In this document: piece after piece, positions 49,513 to 62,703 of the stretch
Position numbering within the stretch: position 1 is the stretch's first letter
Layout: the number at the start of each line of letters is the position of its first letter
Source of the DNA: Lingula anatina
Lineage: Eukaryota; Animalia; Brachiopoda
DNA: 64,000 nucleotides
Assembly (NCBI GenBank): GCA_051362555.1
Contig: CM120642.1
Location: 11,284,001-11,348,000, forward strand
Direction of reading: 5' to 3'
The notes under the pieces: generated by a model
The model's database searches: none
Told to the model about the DNA's origin: nothing
The model's input: the letters and a program-made list of their open reading frames with translations, nothing else
Program-made: the position numbers and the translations under genes

Positions 49513-51925
49513 CTGCCAGTGTTGATGGACTGCAATATTTATTTTCATCCATCAAAATTATTTCAGGTTATAGAGCAGATGAAGAGACTTCAAAAACTGC
49601 TGACATTACCAGAAAACATCACAATCCACATGTCAGCAGATGTGACAAGACTGGCACAACTAACGCAATGTGATCCTCATGAAGTCTGGAAACAGGAGCT
49701 CCTACCAAAGGAACTGCAGAAGGAAGTGGGCAAGGTGGATTTGGCAAAAAAGTGAGTTTTAAAAATATTTAAATAATTTTTTGTGATACTAAAGAAACTG
49801 AACTGTGATATAAAAGAACTGAAATTCCTGTTACAATGTTGATATTGGATTACTGCATGTTTTAGAAAAATCGTTTATTCTAACTGATGCATTATTACAA
49901 AGTAAACATGATTTTTTTTTTGTTTGTTTGTTTAATTTAGAAAATGCCTTGAACGCAATAATAAAAACCTCATATCAAGCCATTCTTTCCCTCGTCAATT
50001 CTTAAAACTGACAATCAGTCTTTTTCTCCAGACAACCAATCAAGTTCTCTCACTCTTTCCTCCGTACCCTTGAAGAGACATCTCAGAGTATGGGGATCAT
50101 TTGTGGTGTAGCAGCCGTGGAGTCAGCATACCTAATTCTCAGTGTTCCCTGCCTTACAACCTACATCCATGCTGACACTGCACCTGTCATGGTATTCATA
50201 CAGTACCTGACACAACTAGAGGGACCCATGTGGAGACAGATCAGAGGCATGGGACTGTCCTATGGTTACAGGTAATTGCTGTGAACAGTGACCTTGATAG
50301 AGAGCTACGGCTTTCTAGGCCATGAATGTGAGGGAGTGTGTGGCTTTTAGCCAGTTTGAACCTTTGGATGCATTTTAATACTAGTAGATATCAGCAATAT
50401 AAATTATGTAATGAAATTTGGCATGGGCAGTTTTTGAACATTTTCAGTACTTTAATTGACTGAAATAAGTGTGTTTTGAGGTAATTTAAATCTTTAGCTG
50501 GTTACCCAATCCCCAATCTTGGAGATCCCTCTAAAGCCAGAAGGTGTGGTTTTCAATAATTTTGTTTTTTGTTTCAGAATGAGCATCAAGCAGGAGACTG
50601 GTCAGCTGTACTTTATCCTGTCCAGAGCTGCCCAGCTGTCCAATGCCTACAAGCAAGCCAAGATCATTGTGGTAAGGAATCGTGGTCTTGTCCATTTTTT
50701 AAATTTACACAAATTGATAATTTAGTTTGGATAGCTTTGACATGAAATATTTTCCTGAGATTTTAGTCTGAGTAGAATATGCAGTGCTGAGGTAATGTTG
50801 TGATAATGAAAATGTTATTATTATGTATATTCTCTTTTTTAGCCTTTCAAAGACTTATTTGATTTTTGTATAATATTTCATTTAGGTGTGTGACAAAAAA
50901 AGTTCTTTATTTATAATATTTATGTATCATGATATTTTACATGATAGAATATAATTTCAGGAAGAATTCCTTACTGGTCAGACTGAATTCACAGAGGTAG
51001 ACCTGGAGACGGCCAAGAGTTCTCTCATATTTGAAATCATTGAGGAAGAGACTTCAGTCTCTGACACTGCCTTCCAGAGTATTCTCAGCTACTACAGAGG
51101 AGTGGAAGTTGACTACAACAGGTATCTTTTTCTCATACCACACCCTGAAGAGTCAGAGAGTAATAACACTGTTACAGAAATATATTATCAGAAGAATAGT
51201 TTTTCAGTTTTCCCCACCACAGAGGTCACAGGAAGAGAGATAGGAAGGGGCTTTATTTTTATGAAAAATTAATAAATAAACTTTCATTGGTTTTACAGCT
51301 CTTTACTTCAAAAACAGTTGAAATAACATCTACATGGTATTGTTTTTCATCTTTTAAGCTTTTTTATTGAATAATTGTAGGCAACTCCTCCAGGACATTG
51401 CCAAAGTGAGCATCAAGGATCTCCAGAGAGTGAGTAAGCAGTATTTCAGCCAGCTGTTTGACCAGACCAAGTCCAGGTGTGCCGTCTGCTGTGACTCTGC
51501 CAAAGTGGAAGAACTGCAGAAAGAATTCAAAGAGTAAGAGATTGTAAATCAGTGAAAGATTTTTCAAAAGTGACCAAGTTTTAAGAAATGCATGCATGAG
51601 CACACCACAGATGTTAAAAACTTGACATGTTGTCAGCAAACACTAAATGCATTTATCTGAAAGACTTCATTTTGTGTGACAAAGAAATACCTTAAGGTGC
51701 GACAAAGGTGTAAAGCAGAAAATGAATGGACCAAATGACTACAGTATCTCATGATTAAGAATTCGCCAGTATTTGCCTGAGATATAACATTGCTACTATT
51801 AAGTTGCCATTTCAGAATGTCGTTCTTTCTCTTTTACGCTGTGATAATTTCATTGCAGGTTGGATAGAGACCTGGCAGTGCTGCCATCTTTGGAAGAAGG
51901 ACTTCTGGCTGAACTGAAGATGTAG
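41784..51925 (+). CDS. M16 metallopeptidase C05D11.1-like, copy 3; 23 exons
   Basis: ATG 41784, HTLEH ~42778, canonical GT donor at 49121, TAG 51923-51925. All exons present and no large intronic insertions. Confidence 0.9.
48611..48800. repeat. Expanded compound (GT)n/(GCGT)n/(GA)n microsatellite, intron 15 of copy 3
   Basis: Directly visible; includes an internally duplicated interrupted unit (GCGTTTGTATGTGTGCCT twice). Confidence 0.95.
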
Positions 51926-54916
51926 GCTATGCTGATGTTCATTTAAAATCACCGTGTTATAAGGAGGAAGTTATTGTCAAAATGTATTCAGGAATTTACA
52001 ATAGTTCATATTTGTAGTGGAGTCTTTGACTAGCCTAATGAATAACTCCAAATCCTTTCCATGTTCTCAGTATTGTACCTATGGCCAACTATATGTTTAT
52101 TGGTCATCAGCGCGTTTTGATACCTAGACTAAACCCAAAATTTGTATTTGTACTATGTCTTTTTCGCTGTGATATTGACTCTACTTTTTTGTTCAGTGCA
52201 ATCAGGAACGTTGTGCTAGCAATCTAGAATGTTGTCTGTTACTCTCTGCAGTCTTTATTCAGTGCAGCAAAGATGTTGTTTTAATGTTATTTTAAAATAG
52301 TTTAAACATTTGACAGCAAAGATGGCATTTCAAGACTCTCATACCTGATCCAGAAAAGAGAGAAAAGACATTTGCTGCACGTTTTTTAAAATTATGTTCA
52401 GTATGTAGACTGTTCACATCACTATAATCAGGGTACACTGCATTAAAACAGTAACACTAATAAAATCTCATACAAGGTTATTGACGTCAGAAAGCATCAA
52501 TAGAATTTTATACTTATCAGTAATCGGATTTTAAATATTTTATAATGATACTCTTTTTAATTGTTTTTAAGTGTTTAGATGATACATGCATATCTCGATT
52601 TTTCATGTTTTAAATGTATAATGTAGCTAGTTGTGTGATTAAGAATTTTAATGCAGCAAAGAACAGCAATCATCACTATGGAGAAGTGAAATCCCATGCA
52701 TCAAATCAACACTGTTAAACAGAATTGTGTGAAATAAAGCAAAGGAAAAAAATCAACTTGAAAGTTTTTATTTGAACAAGTCACTGTCAAGCTGCAGTTC
52801 TGCATATATGTAATACTGCTTCATAATATATACCTGCACAACAATATTCAATGTATATCTGGTGTACATTATATACAGCAACACCTTCATTTCTGACTTG
52901 GCTATTATAAGTATAATCATTATTCTCATTACATACACATTCCGTTTGTTGATTATAAAAATGACCAAAGTGCATCTACTTTACTCCTGCTACCATGAAC
53001 TTTAACCAAGTCTATTGTCATGAGGCAAAACGCCCAAAAAATTAAGATGGTACATTTTCATCAAACTAAGACAAAATCCTTACAAACATGGAACTGCTAG
53101 TGGAAAATGTTAGAGCTGAATCTGATCATTTGAGCCAATGCCTAAAAACTGGACATTGGAAACAATACACCACATTTCATACACTATAATGCCTTTCTAT
53201 ATTCTTGAAATACACAATGCTTTATACAGAAAAACTCTTTCTCAAGTTACTGAACATAACCACGGATCTCTGGTCTGATAAAGTTATAAAAGTGGGAACA
53301 GATTACATTAATCTTTTGGTGATCTATTTCATCTGAATGTCATTATCTAACAAGCGTAAGTGAAAAAGCAACCAAAACTTCAAATAATGTCTACCTGAAC
53401 CTTTTCAGGTAGACATTAACTACAATGCGCATGTTGCTGAAGCTGAACAGTTGCAACACAAAGAATGGAGGATATTTCAAATATATACTGTATTTACTTG
53501 CATGCAAGTTTTGTACAAAACAGCATGTCTTAAAAGGGTCTTCTTTCAGTTCCAAATTTGTAACTGGACTCATGCAGCAATTTTTTTTTATTATTAATTT
53601 TTCATATTAGAAGTCGTTTTAGAAATTGCTCTTGCTTCAATTAGTTATTTATATATGGGGTAGTGGGGGCTTTTACTCAAAAACATAGTGTATCTTTATT
53701 CCACTCAGATCTACACTACTCAGCAAACATTGTACACAAGTGGTATTGATGTGCCATGGTGGTTGGGAGACATTTTTTTTGTTCAGGTTCAAGCAGCTGT
53801 ATAAAATGATATTTGTCAGTTTTGTATGAAACTGGTCTTCTTTAGAGCATATTAAGTATTTTCCTTTTTTTTTCTTTTTTTGTCACATTAAAACCTTTCC
53901 TACTACCATCTTTGGGTCTTTTAAAACCTTTAGGAGTATAGCTGTTTGTATCACCTTTTACCACACTTATTGATTTATTTTTCTTAACAAAATTAACAAA
54001 TTTATTGATTATGTATCAATTATCAACATGATTACAGAAGATTTCCCTTGTGACCATGTTTCAAGAAAAAAAAAATGTATTCTCGAAGAGCAGTGAGACA
54101 AGTTGTCAATACTGACAGTAGTCCTGGCTAACACTACCTTCAGCAGTCAATTCAGATATACAACATTCAACAAATAGTTACTGCACAGTTCATTCAGTTG
54201 TCTAGAGTCAGACTCGGTACTTTTCTCATACATGCCAGGGTGTATTGTATTTATCAAACACAAATTTTAATTTGAACCTTCAATGTTAATGACAAAAAAT
54301 CTCCTCTGATCTTGTTTGGCTGGAGAAATGAACTGATCCTCACCAGCACGTCACAGTATGACAAAAGAACTGATGAAATAATGACTTGATGAAACATGTA
54401 TTAGAGTTGAGGTATTTCTACAACTACAAAATGATGAAGTCAAGTCTGTTTTTCACTTCCTTGTTCACAACACACTGTGATGAGATGAAAAATTATGGAC
54501 ATGATGAATATGAGTGGTTTGCGGCTACACAGTCTCCAGTTTACTGTAGACAATGAAATGATGAATGTTCCTATGTTATGAACATGCTTAGAACGGTCAG
54601 CTCAGAAGTTCTTTGCACTTGGTCAATAAGGATGTCCTTCTCTTTGAATGTGTTCTTTTCCTTCTTCCAATATCAGCACATCCACTAACTTGTATCATAA
54701 ATACTTCAAATGTCAAAATGGAGCTGAGATGGAACAGTCTTACTTTCAAACCATGACTTTTTTGTAGGTAAACAATGAAGAATGACCAACTTAAGTCATC
54801 ATAATTCTGGCATGTCATCATCATGACAACAAAACATTCTCTCTTTGATGTTAACTCTCTTCTAATTGGTGCTGAAGGCTGCCCAGTTATCCACTCAGCC
54901 TGAACTCATCAACAAG

Positions 54917-57900
54917 CTACTGTGTGGGAGACTGGTGTGGTGGTGACTGTTGTGGAGTGGGAGACTGAGCTCCTCCTGGTGGAGGGAGCGGAGGACCGTT
55001 GACACCAGGATGAAGGAACTGACATGACATTGCAAAACGACAGCCACGTCCTGCTGCCATGAAGTGTCTGCACACTGGACGATCACCTATAATCATCAAA
55101 TATAAAATTCAAATTATAAAATCACTTATGGATAAAAGTATCATTTAACACAAGGTGATTTATTTTATGAGGAATGAGCACTTGCAAAAAATTTTCATTT
55201 AATTTTCTCAATTTTTTCAAGATAATACCCTGCAAAGTATTACTCCTAGAACTTCTTTCTGTCTCTCTCTCCCCTCCATCCTCATCAAACCTAACTGATT
55301 AAAAACCTACCTCTCCCTATCCCCCTTCCTCTCATCATAGGGGGTGGTGGAGGTCCCCGGGGACGGAAAGGAAATCCTGTCGGCATACGGCCACGCATCA
55401 TGGGCACTGGACCCCTACCTGGACCTGAAAATTACACCTCATTATCAATGTGAAAAGTAAAGCTTCATGGTCTACGTGTTTCTAGTAAATTGGGAGATGT
55501 TCTGCAGTGGGCTTTTAAACTTGCATTGTTGTACTTAGTGACACAAAAGCTAATGAGTGAAAAAATTAAGTGCCAGAGGCAATGACAAGGAGTAGTATTA
55601 CATAAATTCTATTGAATTTGGGACAACATTTTTTTTTCAAAATTTCAATCTTCAGTTCAAGACCATTTGTGCTGAGAACCCCTACCTCTGGGTGGCATCA
55701 TAGGCCTAAAACCAGGTGGAGCAGAGCCCAGTAAGCCAGGGAGATGAAGTGGTATACCAAACTGAGTCATCATGAAGTTAGGAGGGAGTTGGTTCTTAAA
55801 TGGTTCAAGTGCTCGACGTAAACTCTCTATTTGTTGCTGGTCTCCTCCACCCTGATGCAAACATAAGAAAATAATTGGTAATATATTGTACAGTGTGATT
55901 TAATGGATTTGGTGCACATATCACGAACATTCCAACAGGACTTTAGGTACCTAGATTTCCATATTTCATATAATAACCTATTTTCCATAAAATTTGCAAC
56001 AACAACAAAAAAAAAGTCATTTATAACTTGCAACATAGTAATTGCTATGACTTACAGAGAGTGAACTGAGAATATTTTTGATATTTTGTATATCCCCTGG
56101 ACTAATGGGAGCAGGCGGTGATGAGGGGGGCTGGTGGGGTTGTTGTTGCTGGTCACCCTGTTTACTGTGGTCATCTTGTTGATCCTGGGGCTGCTGCTGG
56201 CGGGCCAAATTCTGGATCATCTCTGCTATGTCTGGTGGTAAACTCACTAGAAATCACAAAATTGCACAACTGAATTGAACATTTCAAAGTACAAACTAGC
56301 ATTTTCTTTTACTTGATTTTTATCCGTTTTCAGGCATGTATACATTTGTCCACCTACATTCGCCATTCTGCCAAACATGAAAGAACATGCAAGTTTTCTG
56401 TTATCTTTTTTCCTTTTATAATGATTTGCATCTCATGTGTCTCATCTGTTTCCATCATTCATATGTAGGTGGGTAAAGTTAAGCACCTTATTTACATCTA
56501 ACTTGTGTATCACAGTGTATGTTAATTCAATGATGGAAATGAATCTTGGAATTCAGTAAAATTCACCTAGTGCAGTTTTCTGTACAAAGTAGGACACTTA
56601 CATTGTAAGTATTAATTTTAGAAGGTATTTTTTGTGCTGACCTATAGTATTAAAGTTACAATGTGTTTCCTGTCCTTTGAGAGCATCCTTATTTTATAGC
56701 ACTTGTTATAGTATGCATCTTAACATGCCTGTTGTTCTATACTTACATTGTGGCTGTTCCTCTCCCTCCACATGTGGTGCTGCAGCCTGGTCTTCTTCCA
56801 CAGCTGGTTCCATCTCATGGTCTGCAGAGGCCTCCTGGAATTGTACAATGATATTATGTTTTACTGTGCTTATGATGTTTAGCGTAAAAAATTCTCGAAA
56901 TGCCAAACAATGGAATACTAAACAGTAAAGAGTTTGATATGTTGGCATATTTTGATTGCACTGTAGTTCTGTTGAATATTAGTCTTATGAAATATATATA
57001 ACCAATTAGTACACAACATATGAAACAAGCAAAAACATCAATGATCAGATGACAAGGACAAAAGACAATGTGTGTTTATCTCAAATGATGAAGAGTAGTA
57101 AAACTAATTCCAAAGCGAACAGAACAATGTTTGCACTATCCATTGGATTAAGCACACACTTTAAAATTAACAAGAAAACAGGACCACCAAAAATAGGAAT
57201 ATTCAATCTTATTAATCCATGGAATTCAGTATAAGCTGGTTTGGACAATTACTTCTGAAAAATGGGGGTCATTTTAAAGGTCTTTTTGAAAAACTGTGTT
57301 CGAAATTAATTAATCCCATCAGCTACTCGTACAGAAACCATGGTTAAACTATGTAATTAAAGCAATGCCTTTTTTTTAAGTATCACACAAAATAAATAAA
57401 AAACAATTAGTAAAATTTCTAACATATAGAAGAGAAGTCTATATAAACCCCTTTCAAGAAAAAAAAAAGAATAATCTTGGTTGTGTACATACTGTAACAC
57501 AAGTCTTATCAGCACCTTCGACAGAGATGAGAGGAGGATTGAGAGGTATCTGAAGGAGAGAAGAAAGAGCTGGCCTGCAAAATATTGTGACGGAGTTGAT
57601 TTCTAGAACACATGCTAAGAAAATTGTTTAAGAAAATCATATGTTACATAGACCAACTCTCCACAAACCAACATGCAAATGCACCAGGCATTACTAAAAC
57701 ACTTACATCTTCTAATGGAATGATTTTAGGTTCAGATGGTGTGTAGTTCTCAGGATCTGGCTCCTGGGCAGTATCTGGTAGCCTGCAACAATAAGACACA
57801 TTAGAATGTGATGTAAGATAAACTTCAATTTGTAAAAGCCTGTGGTTAACACTAAATTTCTCCCTAGGCAAAACAGTAAAATTTTGATACTAATAGAGTA

Positions 57901-60900
57901 CAACTTCACACACATTTTTACAATGGAAACTTTCCATTTTTTGTATTCATTAAGCATTATTCTTTTCCATATAGCGTAATGAATTGCTTATCTACATTTT
58001 TGGGGAATTGTAGCAATTTCAGAACCCTTCCAACACGAACTTAAAGAAAAACTTACATGTCCTTAGAGAAAAAGATGGCCTGTAATACTGCTTTCTCTCT
58101 TTGGGCCTGTGTCTCTCTCTCAGTGCTCCTCTCCCCAGGGGCTGTAGGAAGCTGAGTCAGACCATCTATACGATGAGGGCGATGCCACTGAAAACCAAAT
58201 CCACAACTATGAAAGTTCAAAAACAAAAACAGTATTCTTAATGGATAACATTGACAATGCTTATACTTAACAGACACTAGCCCCTATATTTTGATTTTTT
58301 TTCAAGTAGAATTAAACCTACCAAACCACCACCTTTTTCCAAATATCACAAGCAATGACTCTCTTATCAATGTTAGAAATAATTTAACTTATAATAAAAG
58401 GCCTCTGCAAATGTAGTTGATACGCCTGACTAAATTAGCCCATATGATATATCATAAATAAAACAGCCAAAATGGTATTGCATATTTTGTGGGTTACATC
58501 CTCCATGCTTTGTTATATCACTTACATTTGTTTTCTCATTCATCTTATCCTGTGCCTTCTTCTTAGCCACCTCCACTATGTGTCTGTCTTCCATCATCTC
58601 TTTCTTCTTCATCTCCTCAAAATTCAACCTGTTTACATTGACTCGTTCCGTCTCATCCATCTCAAAGTAGTGGATTTGACGCAGATTGGCATCATCCACC
58701 CAAGATACTTTCTTTTTCTTCTTGCCACTTGATGCTTCTGTACTTTTTTCATTATCTCCAGAAGATTGCGAGGACCCTGCAGAATCTTAAAAATATATAA
58801 ATCAATTAATAAATCAATTAATAAATAATACTGTTTACTGTGTAGGTATGCATATGCATCAATGCAATGATAACATATATGTCAGGTATAAAGAATTTGT
58901 ACCTCAAAACCTTTATTGGCAGTGGGATTTAGCATGGTGCAACCAAAATACTATAAACAAATTGTGATCCTGTTCTAAATGTGATCTCTTACTTGAGTTA
59001 TCATCTTTCATTTCCACATCATTAGATTCAGACCCCTCACTCTGTTTCTTGTCAGTTCCTGGTGGTGATGAAGCTCGTTTCTCTTCTTTATTCTCATTTG
59101 AGGTGTCTAATGTGTCTTTGTAAAACTAAAAATATATACATAAAACCTTTTTAAATACACATATCACTTACTAAAAATCACAACAGCTTTATTTCTGCCA
59201 GACTCATACTTAAAAGCAAACAGTAGGCAGAGATATTGGACTTGTCATCACAAGTGTCATCATCACAATTACACCTCATCCAGGACAATTGGGTAGATGA
59301 AGACATGGCTTTATGTGAGGCATTTTGAAAAAATAACCTTAATAAGTAAACAAATTGTACACTCTACTGAAGTAAGAACACATATACAATATAAGTTTTA
59401 AGTGAAGTCAGCAGACGTACAGATAACTGTGGTTTAGGCATGTTTGGAGATGTTGGTGTGGTTGGTTTTGGTGGCAGTTTCTTCTTCCGTCTGACAGGGA
59501 CTATAGCAGGGGCAGTCAGAGCATCCATAAATCCTCTGCTTTCATGAACCTCATGTTGGACAGCTGAAATATATATGACAAAATAGTCAAGTGATTACTA
59601 AGTCTTTGCAATGAATAAAATACAAATACAAAGTACTTGCTACTGCTGTCTTCTGATTGGACACTTAATCTTATAATTCAGTCTATAATTTTAAAATCCA
59701 TAGAAAATTAAGAAAGTGACAATAAACCTCAAACTGATGATTGTTCATTACTTCAAACATACAAGGATCATGAGGAGCCTTCTATGAAAATAAAGAATCA
59801 ATATAATTTTCAGTATCACATTCTTCAGTCAGCATTACAGTTCTAAAAGAAAGGCAATAATCAAACTACGAACAATGTGAAATGTGTCACACATACGCCT
59901 TGGTTTAGCTGGAATGATTTTAATTTTCCCATGTGTTTCTGTTGGTGGTGATGTTGCTGTTGGTGATGCACCGTTGGCACTTGTTGAGGGCATAATGGGA
60001 GATGGAAGGACTGGCCTTGGTTTTTTCTCAGGGGGAGCAGTAAGAGGCCTATTGAATGGGGTTGGCCTGAAACAGATAATGCATTTTGATAAACATGGGT
60101 CACAAGACCTTTGTAGAAATGTATGTAATTTCAGTACAGCAGATGAAAACAATTTATCAATTTTTTCCATGTGGCAGACAAACTGAAACTTGGTAAACTG
60201 TTGTTAATCATTTCGAGACCTACATAAGACATTCAGTGAAGCCTGACATTTGTATATTATTTTCAGTTTTTGTCAATAACTCTGTTTTATCACATATTAT
60301 TCACAAAGAATTTAACCAATATATGTTTATTATGTAATACCCATAATACGTACAGTGGTCTTTTTACAGGTGGTTTATCCTTATTAATACTGCCTTTCTT
60401 TTTCTGTACTAATGTCGTCTGCTCCTCTAATCCAGTGGAGCGGAACTTAGACGGTAAAGATTTAACAGTTTTAGCCCTTTCTTTCTGCTGACTAGAGCTC
60501 TTATTTTGTGAGGAGTTCAAAGAATTAGATAAGTCTTTTGATTTGTTAGCACTACTATTTAAAGAGTCTCTTCTCTCTTTCTTTGAGTCACTTTTACTGT
60601 CTTGGCCATTTGACTTTTCGTCCTTAGTTTTCTCTTTTTCTTTACTCTTCTCTTTATCTTTGTGCTTCTTCTTTTTCTTACTTTTGTCTGCAAAAGAAGT
60701 GAATACTTTTGATTATGGCTGCAATTTTCTTTCATATACCCTGAACTCTAAGCTCATTAAAGCATAAAATCCAAACCAAACAGTTTTTACCAAAAGGGAA
60801 CCAATCTTATTCTCTTTGATCTAAAACACTTCCAAAGAATCATCTGACTAGGTAATCACTTCATGCAAAGAAGCTCACTTTAAACATGAAAGAGTTGAAA

Positions 60901-62703
60901 ATCATCTGAAATTTTCAATTTCTTCTAACACAGTTCATTAGAACTTACCAGTGGATGCTTCTGTTCCCGATTTCTCTTTTATCTTCTTCATCCAATTATC
61001 AACTATTTCTGTGGCCAAAGTCTTCACAACTGCAAGTATCAAATACATACTAGATTAAAATCACGTTCAGCAAATCTCATTATAATAGTTATTATATTTT
61101 TTACACACAAACCACATGTCTAAGGTACATCAAATACAGCTAAAACACCCCAATGAGTCACTTTATTCAATAACAATAATCCAGTGGAAGACATCATTGA
61201 GCAAGTTTGAAAAAAGTTTTGGATTGCAGCACTGTTGTGACTTAGCGACTTTGGCAGTTTAGCCACAAAATATTGTAATAACAGAGAGCGTGCACCCAAT
61301 AAGATGTTTTTTTTTCACTGCTCTTGCTTTTAGCATGCAAGGTCATTTTGAAGCTAGGCCAAGATTTAAATTGCTTACTTTTTTTGTAGATTTCTTTCGG
61401 GCTTATTTAAAAATATTGATTAAAATTCAATTTTAAAAATGAAGCTGCAACATACCATTTTTTATTTTTTGGTTTATCTGCTGAGCAGAATGTGCTAGGC
61501 ACGACATAACAGCATTGGTATCTTTCAACACCGGATTAATAGGAATTTCAAGTGTCATAAACAGCATTCTTTTCACCCAAAAGACATGTTTCAGTGTTGC
61601 AGCAAGGTCCTTTTTGCGTGTTTTAACATTAATCGTGCATATCAGCTTGCCGTATTTTCATCTCAAACATGTGGTTTGTTGTAAAAATATCATAACACTT
61701 TATTAAAAAACATTTAGACAATATACAATAAAAATTTAACAATCTTATAAAATAAAATACTGCACTTGACTTTAAAAGCCACACAAAAAAATTCAAAAAA
61801 TAATCCTTTGACAACCATTTCCTCTCTCTCGAGTATTTCTAATTCCCTGCACAATTGATTCTAAAAGAGAATATAAGTCAAAGAAAAGTCAGTGCTTGTA
61901 TGTGCATATTTAGCAGTGTTTTGTTGCAAATCTTGGATATGCACAAAATCAAATAGGACTTCTAAGAGACTGCCAAAGTTGCTTTTAATGTCTGTCACAT
62001 CCATGGAAATCATCCATATTGTAAATAACCGCTTTGAGTGTAAATGGGACTCTTTGGCACTTGGAATTGTAAAAAGTTTCATGGACAATGAAGACCATTT
62101 CCCTTCATCATGATGATCTTGGCAACAGTTCTTATGGCAATACACAATTTTCACTGGATTATGTCCTATGGTGTTATATCCAGGCACTTCTCTTTGTTTC
62201 ACATGTCCAAGAAGTAGTATGTTGCAAATGTCAAGAGGTTTTTTTCCCTGTTAAGATCCGTTTTTGGAGAAGTTTTCCATAATCTTATAGGAAGACTGTT
62301 TCATTTAAAAACATTGTGAAGGTCTGGCAAGTAGCCTTACCTAACAATCAATTAGAAAAAAGCAAATACATACAAGATCAATAGAATGAGAGAGCAAAAT
62401 GTTATGCCATAATTATCCTTCACAAACATTATAATGAAACAGTCTTGAAAAAAGATCTATGGATCAACTCCAAATTAAACACAGAGGCTAATCATCTTTA
62501 TCCCTGAAAACTTACTACCATCTTCCTCCTTGCTTAAATTTTTTATTGTTTTAGCACAGTTGTTCTTTTTTAGTAGTTCCACTGAGACTGGCATCTGTTG
62601 ATAAACTTTAAGAATCTCCATCAAGAAAGATGCACTGCTGGAGTCTGCCTTGGCATCCTGAAGCCAGGTATTGAGTAGATCCCAGCCTCCTTCTGATATG
62701 AAC
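54917..62703 (-). CDS. PPP1R10: PP1 nuclear targeting subunit PNUTS; 5'-partial (the first coding exons were not found in the window)
   Basis: Approximate exons: 62703-62516, 61029-60949, 60687-60353, 60066-59897, 59563-59420, 59125-58992, 58776-58526, 58187-58056, 57783-57707, 56834-56747, 56246-56055, 55852-55686, 55424-55311, 55086-54917. TFIIS N-terminal-like domain ([14 protein letters not shown]...), [16 protein letters not shown]1-docking KKVSW (~58700-58714) followed by [26 protein letters not shown], a Pro/Gly/Arg-rich region, and a C-terminal CCCH finger [25 protein letters not shown]. Confidence 0.92.

Noticed and set aside
61861-62282. ORF-dense intronic stretch in PPP1R10 with faint RTE-like words (LGHVKQR, IWM)
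   Set aside because: Similarity is too weak to call by eye and there are no fitting splice sites; it needs a translated repeat search.
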